A stretch of DNA of 64,000 nucleotides from an uncultured Bacteroidales bacterium. GTDB taxonomy: Bacteria; Bacteroidota; Bacteroidia; Bacteroidales; JAAAOM01. The DNA lies in the NCBI GenBank assembly GCA_964652315.1, contig CAZZBU010000001.1, positions 15,221 through 79,220 on the forward strand. The letters run 5' to 3'. This document shows, piece after piece, positions 25,283-34,918 of this stretch. The notes beneath the pieces are model-generated. The model was given only the letters and a program-made list of their open reading frames with translations, ran no database searches and was not told the origin of the DNA. The stretch's first letter is position 1; every line of letters starts with the position of its first letter. Position numbers and translations under genes: made by a program.

Positions 25283-25684
25283 GCCAAAAGGAAATGATTC
25301 CATTTTTTCAACCAACGAATCGACAAATTTTTTCAGTGGATTTTTGATCATAGCCAGCATCATGGGGTTTACATCGGGTTTCATGGTTATTTTTATTCGC
25401 GTGTCCTGTTCAGCAACTTCCTTTAGTTGTATCCATAAATAAAAGTTGATGCTTGTTTTTTCATCGTTTGAAATTTTAATCAGCTTATTGGGCTCTTTTT
25501 CAATTATTTTTAGGCCTGCCGTACCCATGCCCGGAACAGAAAAGCTGCAGGATTCCCCAGTTGATTCAAAATCGCTGACCTTGTCAGTGGGTACAAAATT
25601 TTCAAAATTGTTGAAATTTGAAATAAAGGTAAATATGGTTTCGCTGCTATTTGGAATTTTTCCAATCTTACTTTCAATCTTCAC
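25274..25684 (-). CDS. SRPBCC/START-like small protein
   Basis: 136 aa. Pattern IPNSSETIFTFISNFNNFENFVP...IKISNDEKTSINFYLWIQL resembles polyketide-cyclase/SRPBCC-fold proteins. Function unknown. Confidence 0.5.
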   Translation of the reverse strand: MKIESKIGKIPNSSETIFTFISNFNNFENFVPTDKVSDFESTGESCSFSVPGMGTAGLKIIEKEPNKLIKISNDEKTSINFYLWIQLKEVAEQDTRIKITMKPDVNPMMLAMIKNPLKKFVDSLVEKMESFPFGSP

Positions 25685-25706
25685 AAATCAATCGTTTAAA
25701 AGTTTG

Positions 25707-26336
25707 TTATTTCCAGTTTGCCGGGTCTTTTCTCCATGCTTCCAATACAGGCAATTGTTCCTTGCTGATATATCCTGTTTCGAAGGCAAGTTGCAACAAA
25801 GCATTATAATTGCTGAGTGTATGCAATGCACACTGGCTGGTTTTAAAGTTTTCCCCAGCCTGTGGGAAACCGTAGGAAAATATCGCTACCATACCAAGCA
25901 CCTCCAGGTTACTTTTCCGTAAGGCCTCCACTGCATTCAAACTGCTTCCTCCGGTAGAAATAAGATCTTCAATTACCACCACTTTGTCACCGGCAGTGTA
26001 TTTACCCTCAATTAAATTTTCCAGTCCGTGTCCCTTTGGCTTTGAGCGCACATAAATAAATGGCAATCCCATGGCTTCGGCAACAAGAGCTCCCTGAGCG
26101 ATAGCGCCGGTGGCAACCCCGGCAATTGTTTGCACTTCAGGATAATGCTGTTTGATAGTTTCTACAAAAGCGTTTTTTATGGCCGTTCGTATTTCCGGAA
26201 ATGAAAGGGTAAGCCTGTTATCGCAGTAAATGGGCGATTTCCAACCCGAAGCCCAGGTAAATGGAGTTGTGGGTTCTAGTTTTATTGCTTTACTTTGTAA
26301 AAGATATTTGGCTATTGTTTCTTCAATATTTTTCAT
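25707..26336 (-). CDS. pyrE: Orotate phosphoribosyltransferase
   Basis: PRPP-binding loop KVVVIEDLISTGGSS. Start set at ATG 26336 (MKNIEE); the longer ORF starts with TTG at 26363. Confidence 0.88.
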   Translation of the reverse strand: MKNIEETIAKYLLQSKAIKLEPTTPFTWASGWKSPIYCDNRLTLSFPEIRTAIKNAFVETIKQHYPEVQTIAGVATGAIAQGALVAEAMGLPFIYVRSKPKGHGLENLIEGKYTAGDKVVVIEDLISTGGSSLNAVEALRKSNLEVLGMVAIFSYGFPQAGENFKTSQCALHTLSNYNALLQLAFETGYISKEQLPVLEAWRKDPANWK

Positions 26337-26343
26337 CTCGCAA

Positions 26344-26952
26344 ATGTATAAAGTTTTTTTCAACGATCGCTACATTACCCTTGCTGATGACAAGGACATC
26401 CATGAATGGGAAAATTACGATTTCATTCATGTATTCAGGAGTCGTGAGGGAATAAGCCGGATTTTAAACATTTTTGAGCAAACAGAAACCAAAAACCTTC
26501 TCATTGTATCGGATAATCTGGATTTGCTTTGGATGGAGTTTCAACATCTGTTTACATTAATTACTGCTGCCGGTGGTATTGTAGAGAATGTCAAAGGTGA
26601 GTTTCTTATGATTTTTAGAAGAGGCAAATGGGATTTGCCCAAAGGGAAAGCCGAGCCAGGAGAAAACATGCAGGAAACAGCCCTTCGGGAGATTAGGGAA
26701 GAAACCGGGCTGCATGATATAAGGATTATTGGTAAGCTGACTCAAACCTATCACGTGTACCATATTGGTACTGAGAAAGTACTCAAGGAAACATGCTGGT
26801 ACCATCTAAAGCACGAAGCTGAAGAAACATTCACTCCCGAAAGGGAAGAAGATATAGAGGAGGTACGTTGGGTAACAAAATCGGATCTTCCGGTTTATCT
26901 TGCCAATACCTATCCGAATATTCCGTTGGTGTTTGATACCATGAATAAATAA
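26344..26952 (+). CDS. NUDIX hydrolase
   Basis: Nudix box GKWDLPKGKAEPGENMQETALREIREETG. Start at ATG 26344 (MYKVFFNDRY); the track ORF start 26230 overlaps pyrE. Confidence 0.85.
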   Translation: MYKVFFNDRYITLADDKDIHEWENYDFIHVFRSREGISRILNIFEQTETKNLLIVSDNLDLLWMEFQHLFTLITAAGGIVENVKGEFLMIFRRGKWDLPKGKAEPGENMQETALREIREETGLHDIRIIGKLTQTYHVYHIGTEKVLKETCWYHLKHEAEETFTPEREEDIEEVRWVTKSDLPVYLANTYPNIPLVFDTMNK

Positions 26953-26962
26953 TAGACAGTCT

Positions 26963-28378
26963 TTACAAATCCTTTCTGTTTTTCATAATGTAAAATAACT
27001 GCTCACCAAAACCTTCTGAAGGTGAAGGTGCGGGTGAAAGCAACAATTTTCCTTCCGGACTGATTAGGAAATAGGTCGGAAAACCCCTGATATCATATTT
27101 TTCCAGGATATCAGGCTGATTTGCATAATGAAGGAATTTCCATTCAAAAGGGAAGCGCTCAAGAAAGCGGGTCATGGTATTGAATTTTTCATCCACTGCC
27201 ACAGTTACGATGGTAACATGCTGTTTGTGTCTCGATTGGAACTCTTCAAGTATATTAAACTCATTGATGCAGCTGTAACTCTGACACGAACAAAAATTGA
27301 GATATACATAGTCGCCTTCAAAATCGCTTAAGCGGATGAGTGAACTATCCCTGTCGTACAGAGCAAAAGAGGGTGGTGCATGCCCGGGAAGCAAACGGGT
27401 GATTTTTTTTCGTATTTCAAGGGCTGTTTCTTTGTGGGTTGGTATTTTTGTTGTCATTTGCAGTGAATCAAGAATGGTAAGTAAAGCCGATCGCGAAAAA
27501 TTATCTTCGTAAAATTCATCATGAATGCATTTCAGAATGACAAATTCCTTCAGCGTATCATTGGAGAGTACATCATCAGTATCCAGTGTGTTTTTTAATG
27601 CCGAAAGGCTTTTATCTTCGGAAATATCCGAATAAATGGTTTTGCCTTCTTCGGTTCGTCCAAAGAAGGTAAAATAATTATCATACACCTTGTTAAAAAG
27701 TTCCATATAGGCATCATTTTGATACCATACTTTCTGGTTGAGGAAAAACTGGTCTGAGATGCGTTTTGACTTTCGTTGATAGGCCAGGTATCGAAGTCTG
27801 GCAAGTTTATACCTGGTGTAAATCCGGAAGTATTGATGTTCAATTTCTTCGAAAGGTTTCTGGATGGAGGTAATTGCCGAGTCGAGATCATCAAAATTAT
27901 GCCGGACAAAAACATCGTATACGTGTTTATTATAGTAGGGCAGATAAGATTGATTAAAAGAACGGATGGAAAAATTCAGGTCGTCTCGTTCAAAGTTTTT
28001 TACTGCCAGGTGCACTTCTGTTTCTTCAAAAAAAGGATTTAGTTTTTGGGCATGTTTTTTTTCAACTTTTTCAGGGAGAATAACTTCGTACTGATTGCCT
28101 GGTTCTGCATAAAGATAACAATTGTAAATTCCCAGATGAGTAAATACCCGGGTAATTGAACTAAGGGAGAAAGAAAGGCGGAAGCTTCCTGTAGAATCCA
28201 CCTGTGCTGTATCGAGTGATATTTCTTGTTTTGAAATATAGTTGGCATATTTCAACAAAACAATCTCATCATTGGCATAAGAAGGGGCATGGCCGTAAAT
28301 AACAACTTTTTTATCAGTTGCCTGGGTATGGTTTTGAAAGCAAACCAACAATATTATAAGTAAAAGCAGTCTAATCAT
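26963..28378 (-). CDS. Secreted protein with a C-terminal TlpA/thioredoxin-like fold lacking a canonical CxxC
   Basis: Signal peptide MIRLLLLIILLVCFQNHTQA. C-terminal LSDFEGDYVYLNFCSCQSYSCINEF...IRGFPTYFLISPEGKLL. ATG 28378 overlaps the coaD stop (ATGATTAG). Confidence 0.6.
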   Translation of the reverse strand: MIRLLLLIILLVCFQNHTQATDKKVVIYGHAPSYANDEIVLLKYANYISKQEISLDTAQVDSTGSFRLSFSLSSITRVFTHLGIYNCYLYAEPGNQYEVILPEKVEKKHAQKLNPFFEETEVHLAVKNFERDDLNFSIRSFNQSYLPYYNKHVYDVFVRHNFDDLDSAITSIQKPFEEIEHQYFRIYTRYKLARLRYLAYQRKSKRISDQFFLNQKVWYQNDAYMELFNKVYDNYFTFFGRTEEGKTIYSDISEDKSLSALKNTLDTDDVLSNDTLKEFVILKCIHDEFYEDNFSRSALLTILDSLQMTTKIPTHKETALEIRKKITRLLPGHAPPSFALYDRDSSLIRLSDFEGDYVYLNFCSCQSYSCINEFNILEEFQSRHKQHVTIVTVAVDEKFNTMTRFLERFPFEWKFLHYANQPDILEKYDIRGFPTYFLISPEGKLLLSPAPSPSEGFGEQLFYIMKNRKDL

Positions 28379-28853
28379 TACCAGGAATAAATTTTTTATA
28401 ATCAATATTTTGAGGGAGGAATTTTGTTGCATCCCCTCCATGACGGATGATGTCGCGCACAATGGTTGAATTCACCGGGGTGTATTCCGGTGTAGTCAGG
28501 ATAAAGACGGATTCTATTTCCGGCGACATGCTTTTATTGACCTGTGCGATGGCCCTTTCGTACTCAAAGTCGGCAGCTGTTCGCAGGCCCCGTAAAATAA
28601 AACGGGCATGTTTTCTTCGAGCGAATTCAACAGTTAGCTCTTCATAGTAATCTACTTCCACTTTCTCAATGTTAACAAAAACATTGCTAATCAGATCCAA
28701 ACGGTTTTGAAGGGGCAGGAATCCGGGTTTTGTAGCGTTATAACCAACAGCAACAATAATTTTGTCAAACAAAATCAGACCGCGTCTGACAATGGATTCG
28801 TGTCCGATGGTGAAGGGGTCAAATGACCCGGGGAAAATGGCGATTCGCTCCAT
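28371..28853 (-). CDS. coaD: Phosphopantetheine adenylyltransferase
   Basis: 160 aa with IAIFPGSFDPFTIGHESIVRR (T/HxGH nucleotidyltransferase motif). Confidence 0.92.
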   Translation of the reverse strand: MERIAIFPGSFDPFTIGHESIVRRGLILFDKIIVAVGYNATKPGFLPLQNRLDLISNVFVNIEKVEVDYYEELTVEFARRKHARFILRGLRTAADFEYERAIAQVNKSMSPEIESVFILTTPEYTPVNSTIVRDIIRHGGDATKFLPQNIDYKKFIPGND

Positions 28854-28974
28854 AACTATTTTATTTCTATTTCCTTCTGTGAGCTAACGAATAAAATATT
28901 ACCAACATTGTGGTATCCGGTAAATAATTCGATGCCCTTGGGTTTAATTAATTCTTTTCTGAAACCTGCAATGG

Positions 28975-29628
28975 TTATCGTAAAAAGTGCTTTTCAATGA
29001 GTTCTCCCAGGTCAGCAACAACATCAACCTTGCTTTGTTTAAAACGGGATAATGCCTGGTGTCCGTTGCTAACAATCACTACAGGGCAACCTATTGCCCG
29101 GGCCACCTCAATATCATGTAAGGTATCGCCAATAAGCAGGGTATCTTCAGGTACCAGTTGTTCATTCTCGAATAATGAATGGGCAACATCAATTTTCCCT
29201 TCAGCCAGCTGATTTGTGTTTCCGTAAATCTTTGCAAAATAATGTTTAATGCCTTTGTTGGCAAGCGATTTTTTTAAATCTTTTTCTTCCATGGCCGAAA
29301 GCACATATTGCAATAAACCACGGCGTTTCATGGCTTTAAGGGCATAAATTGCAAGTATGCTCAGGGGTGCCCTCTTTAGTCCTTCGTTATATAAAATCAT
29401 GTACTCTTCTGAAAGCAGGGTGAAATCTTCCCTGGTAAAATCAAACCCCAATCCTTCATAAAAATTATAAACGGGAAAAGTGAAGCGGTCTAAATATATG
29501 TTTCTTGTAATTTTATTGAGTTTGCGTTTTTCCAGCAATACGTTAAGGGTTTCATAGCAGAGTTCCACATCATTTAAAAGCGTTCCATTCCAGTCCCATA
29601 CTATGTTTTGAATGTCTTTATATACCAT
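28975..29628 (-). CDS. HAD-superfamily hydrolase (phosphoglycolate-phosphatase-like)
   Basis: Motif I IVWDWNGTLLND, in which the second Asp is replaced by Asn. Motif III/IV ...LLIGDTLHDIEVARAIG. Start at ATG 29628 (MVYKDIQ); the longest ORF starts at 29679. Confidence 0.7.
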   Translation of the reverse strand: MVYKDIQNIVWDWNGTLLNDVELCYETLNVLLEKRKLNKITRNIYLDRFTFPVYNFYEGLGFDFTREDFTLLSEEYMILYNEGLKRAPLSILAIYALKAMKRRGLLQYVLSAMEEKDLKKSLANKGIKHYFAKIYGNTNQLAEGKIDVAHSLFENEQLVPEDTLLIGDTLHDIEVARAIGCPVVIVSNGHQALSRFKQSKVDVVADLGELIEKHFLR

Positions 29629-29741
29629 AATCAGAGATGCTGCCAAATTCAAGTTAAAATCAAAATGATGTTTATACAACAGTAGCGTAATTTATTGATG
29701 AACGGGATGAATACCATAAAAAAAAGAGCATCAGGGATCCT

Positions 29742-30281
29742 TTATTTATAGCGGATATCCAAATCGCCAAAAACCACATCAGCTTTTATAAATAAATGAG
29801 GTTTTGATGCATTAAAATTTTCACTGACGAAATTATTTGAGCCAAATACAACTGAATTGCCGTTAGGTAGCCGGGCTCCTGCAAATACTGCTTCCACTTT
29901 TACTTTCACAGGTGTATCGCGGTTAATCCATATTGTGGTTGAACCAAAAACCGTATTAAACTCCACCAAGGTAGAGTTTACGGTATCCTGTTGAACGGTA
30001 GAAAGATCAAAAACGCCTTTACCAAATATTACATTGTATTCTTTATCAATCGAATTGAATTCATTGTAGTATTTTTCGCCGAAAATCACATCATTCTTAT
30101 CGACCTGCTTATTGAATTTAAAAGAATCACCAATCAAAATACGAATGCCGATGTAGATAAAAAGAAATGCAAAAAACAGTTTAAATACTGGCAGGTTGAT
30201 ATTAAACACAACTCTGAATATCAAGCTTATACCTAGTATAACTAAAAGAATACCCCAAAACAGTCCAGTACCCATTTTCAT
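29742..30281 (-). CDS. Membrane protein, LiaF/DUF2154-like (two N-terminal TM helices plus a beta-rich C-terminal domain)
   Basis: 179 aa. GLFWGILLVILGISLIF...FAFLFIYIGIRILIG, then repeated VFG/IFG-containing strands. The family assignment is tentative. Confidence 0.45.
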   Translation of the reverse strand: MKMGTGLFWGILLVILGISLIFRVVFNINLPVFKLFFAFLFIYIGIRILIGDSFKFNKQVDKNDVIFGEKYYNEFNSIDKEYNVIFGKGVFDLSTVQQDTVNSTLVEFNTVFGSTTIWINRDTPVKVKVEAVFAGARLPNGNSVVFGSNNFVSENFNASKPHLFIKADVVFGDLDIRYK

Positions 30282-30486
30282 AATGTTTTATTTGAACAAT
30301 TAGTAAATGATATTAAGGAAACTAAGTTAAAGAATATAATTATTCCTTCAGCTTAAAAACAGATTATTTTTAAAATCCTTCTTGTTTTAGGCTTTGTTGA
30401 AAAGCAGCATAAAAGTCGCCTTAAGCCCGGTTTTTCATTAAGGCATTTATATTTAGTCCGAATGTTTGTCGGCTGAAATCAGGTGT

Positions 30487-30645
30487 ATGAGATCGATTCG
30501 TGTTATGGTTGAGGATGATGGACATGATGCAAGGCAACTATTAAACAACTTAGCAGGCCACTGTAGGTCCATTGAAATTATCTGGCAGGCAGAGGGGGGT
30601 ACAGGCAAAGCACTTACTATGCCGGGACAGGCATCGCCGGGTTTA
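30487..30645 (+). pseudogene. Possible decayed N-terminal fragment of a response-regulator receiver domain (LytTR/NarL-type start)
   Basis: Translation MRSIRVMVEDDGHDARQLLNNLAGHCRSIEIIWQAEGGTGKAL..MPG follows the canonical pattern (M.IRVLIVDD...AR..L..LL.....IEIVGEAE.G.EAL...MPG). It is truncated and runs into the lon 3' end. The stretch looks more GC-rich than a normal intergenic region. Confidence 0.3.
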
Positions 30646-30672
30646 AATACCCCCAATCAAAAAATCCGTAAC

Positions 30673-33255
30673 CTAGGCTTCAGTTTTTACCGGCTTTTCA
30701 GGCACCTTTATTTCCTGAGGGTTCTTTACTTTTTCCTCAAGAACAGCAAGGCCGATAACTTCTTCAACATCTTTAACATAATGGAAAGTAAGCCCTTTGA
30801 GGTAAATGTCTTTTATTTCACCAACATCTTTCTGGTTTTCTTCTGAAAGGATAATGTCGGTGATCCCTGCCCTTTTAGCTGCAAGAATTTTTTCCTTAAT
30901 TCCTCCCACAGGCAATACTCTTCCCCGTAGGGTTATTTCACCAGTCATGGCAATGTTACTTTTTACTTTGCGCTGGGTGAATGCTGATATTAAAGAGGTT
31001 ATCATGGTAATACCGGCGGAAGGCCCGTCTTTTGGAATGGCCCCTTCAGGGACATGTACATGCACGTTCCAGTACTCAAATACACGATCAGGAATATTTA
31101 ACTGTTGGGCATGCGATTTTATATATTCCAGGGCAATCACTGCCGATTCTTTCATTACGTCTCCAAGGTTTCCCGTAAGGGTAAGCTTGCCATTTCCCCG
31201 GCTCAGACTGGTTTCCACAAACAAGATTTCGCCACCTGCTGCCGTCCAGGCCAGCCCGGTCACCACTCCGGCATAATCATTGCCCTGATACCGGTCTTTG
31301 ATGTACTTTGGTGGGCCGAGGATTTCATGAATCATTTCATTTGTCAGGGTTTTGTTAAATTTTTTCCCAAAGGCAATGTTTTTGGCGTAAAAACGGATGA
31401 TCTTCGCAAGTTGCTTATCCAGTTCCCGCACACCGGATTCACGGGTATAATTTTCAATCAAATAAGTAAGGACATCATCGGAAGCTTTAAATTGATTTTT
31501 TTTGACCCCGTGTTCGGATAATTCCTTGGGTATAAGATGCCTTTTGGCAATTTGGAGCTTTTCCTCAAGAATATACCCGGTAACGTTAATAATTTCCATC
31601 CTGTCACGTAAAGCCGGATTGATGGTGCCAAGCGTATTTGCAGTAGCTATAAACATCACTTTTGAGAGGTCATAACCAAGCTCCAGGTAATTATCATAAA
31701 AAGTATTGTTTTGCTCCGGATCCAAAACTTCCAGCAATGCCGACGAGGGATCGCCATGTGCACCGTGGCCAACTTTATCTATTTCATCGAGAATAAACAC
31801 CGGATTGGACGATTTTGCTTTTTTGATGTTTTGAAGAATTCGCCCGGGCATGGCACCAATATAAGTTTTTCTGTGCCCACGAATTTCAGATTCATCGTGG
31901 ACTCCGCCCAAAGACATGCGTACATATTTTCGGCCCAGCGCACTTGCGATGGATTTTCCCAGGGAGGTTTTTCCTACTCCCGGAGGGCCGTACAGGCAAA
32001 TGATGGGTGATTTTAAATCGTTTTTCAACTTTAATACCGCCAGATGTTCAAGAATGCGTTCTTTTACTTTTTCGAGCCCGTAATGATCCTGGTCGAGGAT
32101 TTTTTCAGCCCTGGATAAATCAAATTTATCTTTGGTATAATGTTGCCAGGGCAGGTCAAGCATTACCTGCAGGTAATTCACCTGTACCGAATACTCACCG
32201 GTAGCAGGGTTTAACCTGGATAATTTGTCCACCTCTTTATAGAAAGTCTCATTTACCTCCTTTGACCATTTTTTCTTTTTCGCTTTGGCTTGAAATTCTT
32301 CAATTTCCTGCTCAATTGGGTTACCACCAAGCTCATCCTGTATGGTCTTCATCTGTTGATGAAGCATGAATTCGCGCTGCTGTTGATCAATGTCAACTTT
32401 TACTTTCGATTGGATATCATTTTTAAGTTCAAGCATCTGAACCTCGCGGACAAGGTATTCCAAAAGTTTTGATGCGCGCTTTTTCATGTGGTCAATCTCA
32501 AGCAGCATTTGCTTTTCTTTAAGGCTTACATCGCTGTTTGAAGAGATGAAGTTGATAAGGAAACTGGAACTTTCAATGTTTTTAACCGCAAATGAGGCTT
32601 CGGGTGGAATATTTGACGAAAGATTGATGATACGGAGGGATAGATCCTTTAGGGAACCGACCAGGGCTTCGTATTCTTTATCAACTTTCTTGGGTTTTTT
32701 ATCTTCCAGGGTTTTTATTCTGGCCTGAAAATATGGATCGGTACTGAGGTATTCTTCAATTCTAAACCGGCTCCGTCCCTGTATAATAACAGAGGTGGAG
32801 CCATCGGGCATTTCAAGTATTTTAACAATTTGCGCTACAGTGCCCACTTTGTAAAGGTCTTCGGTGCCCGGATTTTCAATATTGGGATCGGTTTGGGCAA
32901 TGGTTCCGATAATTTTTGATCCCTGATAAGCATCTTTTACCAGTGCCAGCGACTTATCACGACCAACAGATATTGGAAGGATTACACCAGGAAATAATAC
33001 AGTATTTCGAAGCGGAAGTATGGGTATTACCTCTGGAATGGTTTCTTTTATTTCTGCATAATCTTCTGTTTCATCGGCTATCAATGGTATGAAATCGGCG
33101 TCTTGTTCAATTGAATTTGCAATATATAAATGGTTTTGAAAATGATTCTTATTTCTCATGTTTATTTCCTCTGTTTCTATGCTTTCAACAAATGCCTTTT
33201 GACTTTTTTCATCCCGACAATATGTCAGGACGCGTCTTTTGTTTGTGCTATTCAT
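30673..33255 (-). CDS. lon: ATP-dependent Lon protease (endopeptidase La)
   Basis: LON N-domain ILPLRNTVLFPGV, Walker A GPPGVGKTS, catalytic-Ser region PKDGPSAGITM. Exact start is uncertain because several in-frame Met lie near the N-terminus. Confidence 0.93.
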   Translation of the reverse strand: MNSTNKRRVLTYCRDEKSQKAFVESIETEEINMRNKNHFQNHLYIANSIEQDADFIPLIADETEDYAEIKETIPEVIPILPLRNTVLFPGVILPISVGRDKSLALVKDAYQGSKIIGTIAQTDPNIENPGTEDLYKVGTVAQIVKILEMPDGSTSVIIQGRSRFRIEEYLSTDPYFQARIKTLEDKKPKKVDKEYEALVGSLKDLSLRIINLSSNIPPEASFAVKNIESSSFLINFISSNSDVSLKEKQMLLEIDHMKKRASKLLEYLVREVQMLELKNDIQSKVKVDIDQQQREFMLHQQMKTIQDELGGNPIEQEIEEFQAKAKKKKWSKEVNETFYKEVDKLSRLNPATGEYSVQVNYLQVMLDLPWQHYTKDKFDLSRAEKILDQDHYGLEKVKERILEHLAVLKLKNDLKSPIICLYGPPGVGKTSLGKSIASALGRKYVRMSLGGVHDESEIRGHRKTYIGAMPGRILQNIKKAKSSNPVFILDEIDKVGHGAHGDPSSALLEVLDPEQNNTFYDNYLELGYDLSKVMFIATANTLGTINPALRDRMEIINVTGYILEEKLQIAKRHLIPKELSEHGVKKNQFKASDDVLTYLIENYTRESGVRELDKQLAKIIRFYAKNIAFGKKFNKTLTNEMIHEILGPPKYIKDRYQGNDYAGVVTGLAWTAAGGEILFVETSLSRGNGKLTLTGNLGDVMKESAVIALEYIKSHAQQLNIPDRVFEYWNVHVHVPEGAIPKDGPSAGITMITSLISAFTQRKVKSNIAMTGEITLRGRVLPVGGIKEKILAAKRAGITDIILSEENQKDVGEIKDIYLKGLTFHYVKDVEEVIGLAVLEEKVKNPQEIKVPEKPVKTEA

Positions 33256-33313
33256 TACTTGTCAATTGTTGTGCCATTGTGCTGCAACAATTAGGTTGGG
33301 CAAAAGATATATT

Positions 33314-34507
33314 TTAAAACCTTCTGTATTGTTCAGTCTGTTTAAAGACTTCTTTTAGTATATTTTTTTCAATATCATTTAATTCTATGTTACGTCGCGA
33401 CAATACTTTTTCCGCGGTTTCAAATGCTTTGTTCAACGCATAAACGCTCATGCCCTGTGGGCCTCCCCAGGAGAATGACGGCACGAAATTCCGGGGAAAC
33501 CCGGCGCCGAAAATATTGGCACTTACACCAACTACAGTACCGGTGTTAAACATAGTGTTAATGCCGCATTTACTATGATCGCCCATGATCAGACCGGCAA
33601 ATTGCTGTCCTGACTTTATAAAACGCTCCTGCCTGTAATTCCATAACCTTACTTCGGCATAATTGTTTTTTAAGTTTGAATTATTACTGTCGGCTCCCAT
33701 GTTGCACCATTCTCCAAGTACGGCATTTCCAAGAAACCCGTCGTGAGCTTTGTTTGAGTACCCGTTGATGACCACATTGTTTAATTCACCTCCAACCTTG
33801 GAATGGGGGCCAATGGTTGTTGCCCCATATATTTTTGCGCCCATTTTAACCGATGAGTGTTCCGCAAGTACAAAAGGGCCACGTATCATGCTGCCTTCCA
33901 TTACTTCGGCATCCTTTCCAATATATATCGGCCCGTTGGTGGTGTTTAATATTGCGCCTTCAACCATTGCTCCGGGCTCTAAAAATACAGGCCCATTACC
34001 AATAAGGTTGTTGGTGCCGCTTAACGGCTGTGAAATCCTGTTGTTGACAATCAGTTTGTAGTCGGCTCGAATTTCAGCATCGTTGTATAAAAATATATCC
34101 CAGGGATAGGAGATGCTTGAAAGAGATGTGCTGACGGGTACTTTGTGCGATGACACTTCGGCAGGAGAGAAATCGATTGCTTTGGCCTCGTCCATCCGGC
34201 AGGCGACTAGCCTGCTGTCAGAAACAAGCATTTGCCCGATTTTAAGCTGTTCTATTTCCTTTACCAAGGCCGGGGAAGGCAGCACAGAAGCATCGATAAA
34301 AACATTGTCGGATGAAATGGTGATTGGGAATTTTTCTGACAGATAGCCTTCTGTATGAAAACTGCAATTGGTATTAAGGTATTTGTTCCATTTTTCACAA
34401 ATGGTGAGTATGCCAATCCGCAACCCGGCGATTGGACGTGTAAAAGTCAGGGGTAACAGGTCTTTACGTGTATCCGGAGAATCAAAAAGGATGTAATTTT
34501 TTGCCAT
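33314..34507 (-). CDS. GlmU-like sugar nucleotidyltransferase/acyltransferase with a left-handed beta-helix
   Basis: 397 aa. Hexapeptide-repeat stretch IGPHSKVGGELNNVVINGYSNKAHDGFLGNAVLGEWCNMGADSN. Architecture is common in Bacteroidota. Confidence 0.65.
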   Translation of the reverse strand: MAKNYILFDSPDTRKDLLPLTFTRPIAGLRIGILTICEKWNKYLNTNCSFHTEGYLSEKFPITISSDNVFIDASVLPSPALVKEIEQLKIGQMLVSDSRLVACRMDEAKAIDFSPAEVSSHKVPVSTSLSSISYPWDIFLYNDAEIRADYKLIVNNRISQPLSGTNNLIGNGPVFLEPGAMVEGAILNTTNGPIYIGKDAEVMEGSMIRGPFVLAEHSSVKMGAKIYGATTIGPHSKVGGELNNVVINGYSNKAHDGFLGNAVLGEWCNMGADSNNSNLKNNYAEVRLWNYRQERFIKSGQQFAGLIMGDHSKCGINTMFNTGTVVGVSANIFGAGFPRNFVPSFSWGGPQGMSVYALNKAFETAEKVLSRRNIELNDIEKNILKEVFKQTEQYRRF

Positions 34508-34532
34508 GCTTGTTTTATTTACAAAAATAAAT

Positions 34533-34569
34533 AAAAAAAATCCGGACTATCAGCTAATGATTGTCCGGA
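34533..34569 (-). terminator. Rho-independent terminator after the L31 gene
   Basis: Minus-strand RNA: UCCGGAC-(15-nt loop)-GUCCGGA followed by UUUUUUUU. Stems at 34563-34569 and 34541-34547. Confidence 0.6.
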
Positions 34570-34597
34570 TCCCAATATTAATAATGTATGTATACAA

Positions 34598-34864
34598 TTA
34601 TTTTTTCTTGTTTTCGTAATGTTTTTTGTATCGGTTTCTAAATTTATCAACACGCCCTGCTGTATCTACCAGCTTCATCTTACCTGTATAAAATGGGTGC
34701 GATGTGTTCGAAATCTCAAGCTTTACCAAAGGATATTCCTTACCATCATCAAGTTTGATGGTTTCTTTTGTATTGGCAGTAGAACGTGTCACAAAAACAT
34801 TTTCATTTGACATATCCTTGAAAGCCACTAATCTATAGTTTTCGGGGTGAATTCCTTTTCTCAT
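34598..34864 (-). CDS. rpmE: 50S ribosomal protein L31, type B (no CxxC zinc motif)
   Basis: [17 protein letters not shown]...[24 protein letters not shown]. Confidence 0.93.
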   Translation of the reverse strand: MRKGIHPENYRLVAFKDMSNENVFVTRSTANTKETIKLDDGKEYPLVKLEISNTSHPFYTGKMKLVDTAGRVDKFRNRYKKHYENKKK

Positions 34865-34918
34865 GATACTATACTATAAAAATTATCTAATTTTCTTGAC
34901 ATCCATTAAATTGGTGTG

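Noticed and set aside
30500-30660. Possibility that this region is SRP (4.5S) RNA, 6S RNA, tmRNA or RNase P RNA.
   Set aside because: I could not find the conserved SRP domain IV GGAA-loop context, the RNase P GAGGAAAGUCC motif, a tmRNA tRNA-like end, or a long 6S-type imperfect hairpin. Only short local stems are present.
30453-30846. ORFs 30453-30656 (minus) and 30466-30846 (plus) as real protein-coding genes.
   Set aside because: The plus ORF starts with TTG and its second half runs antisense into lon with nonsense-like sequence. Only its first ~55 codons look protein-like and are reported as a possible pseudogene fragment. The minus ORF has no features.
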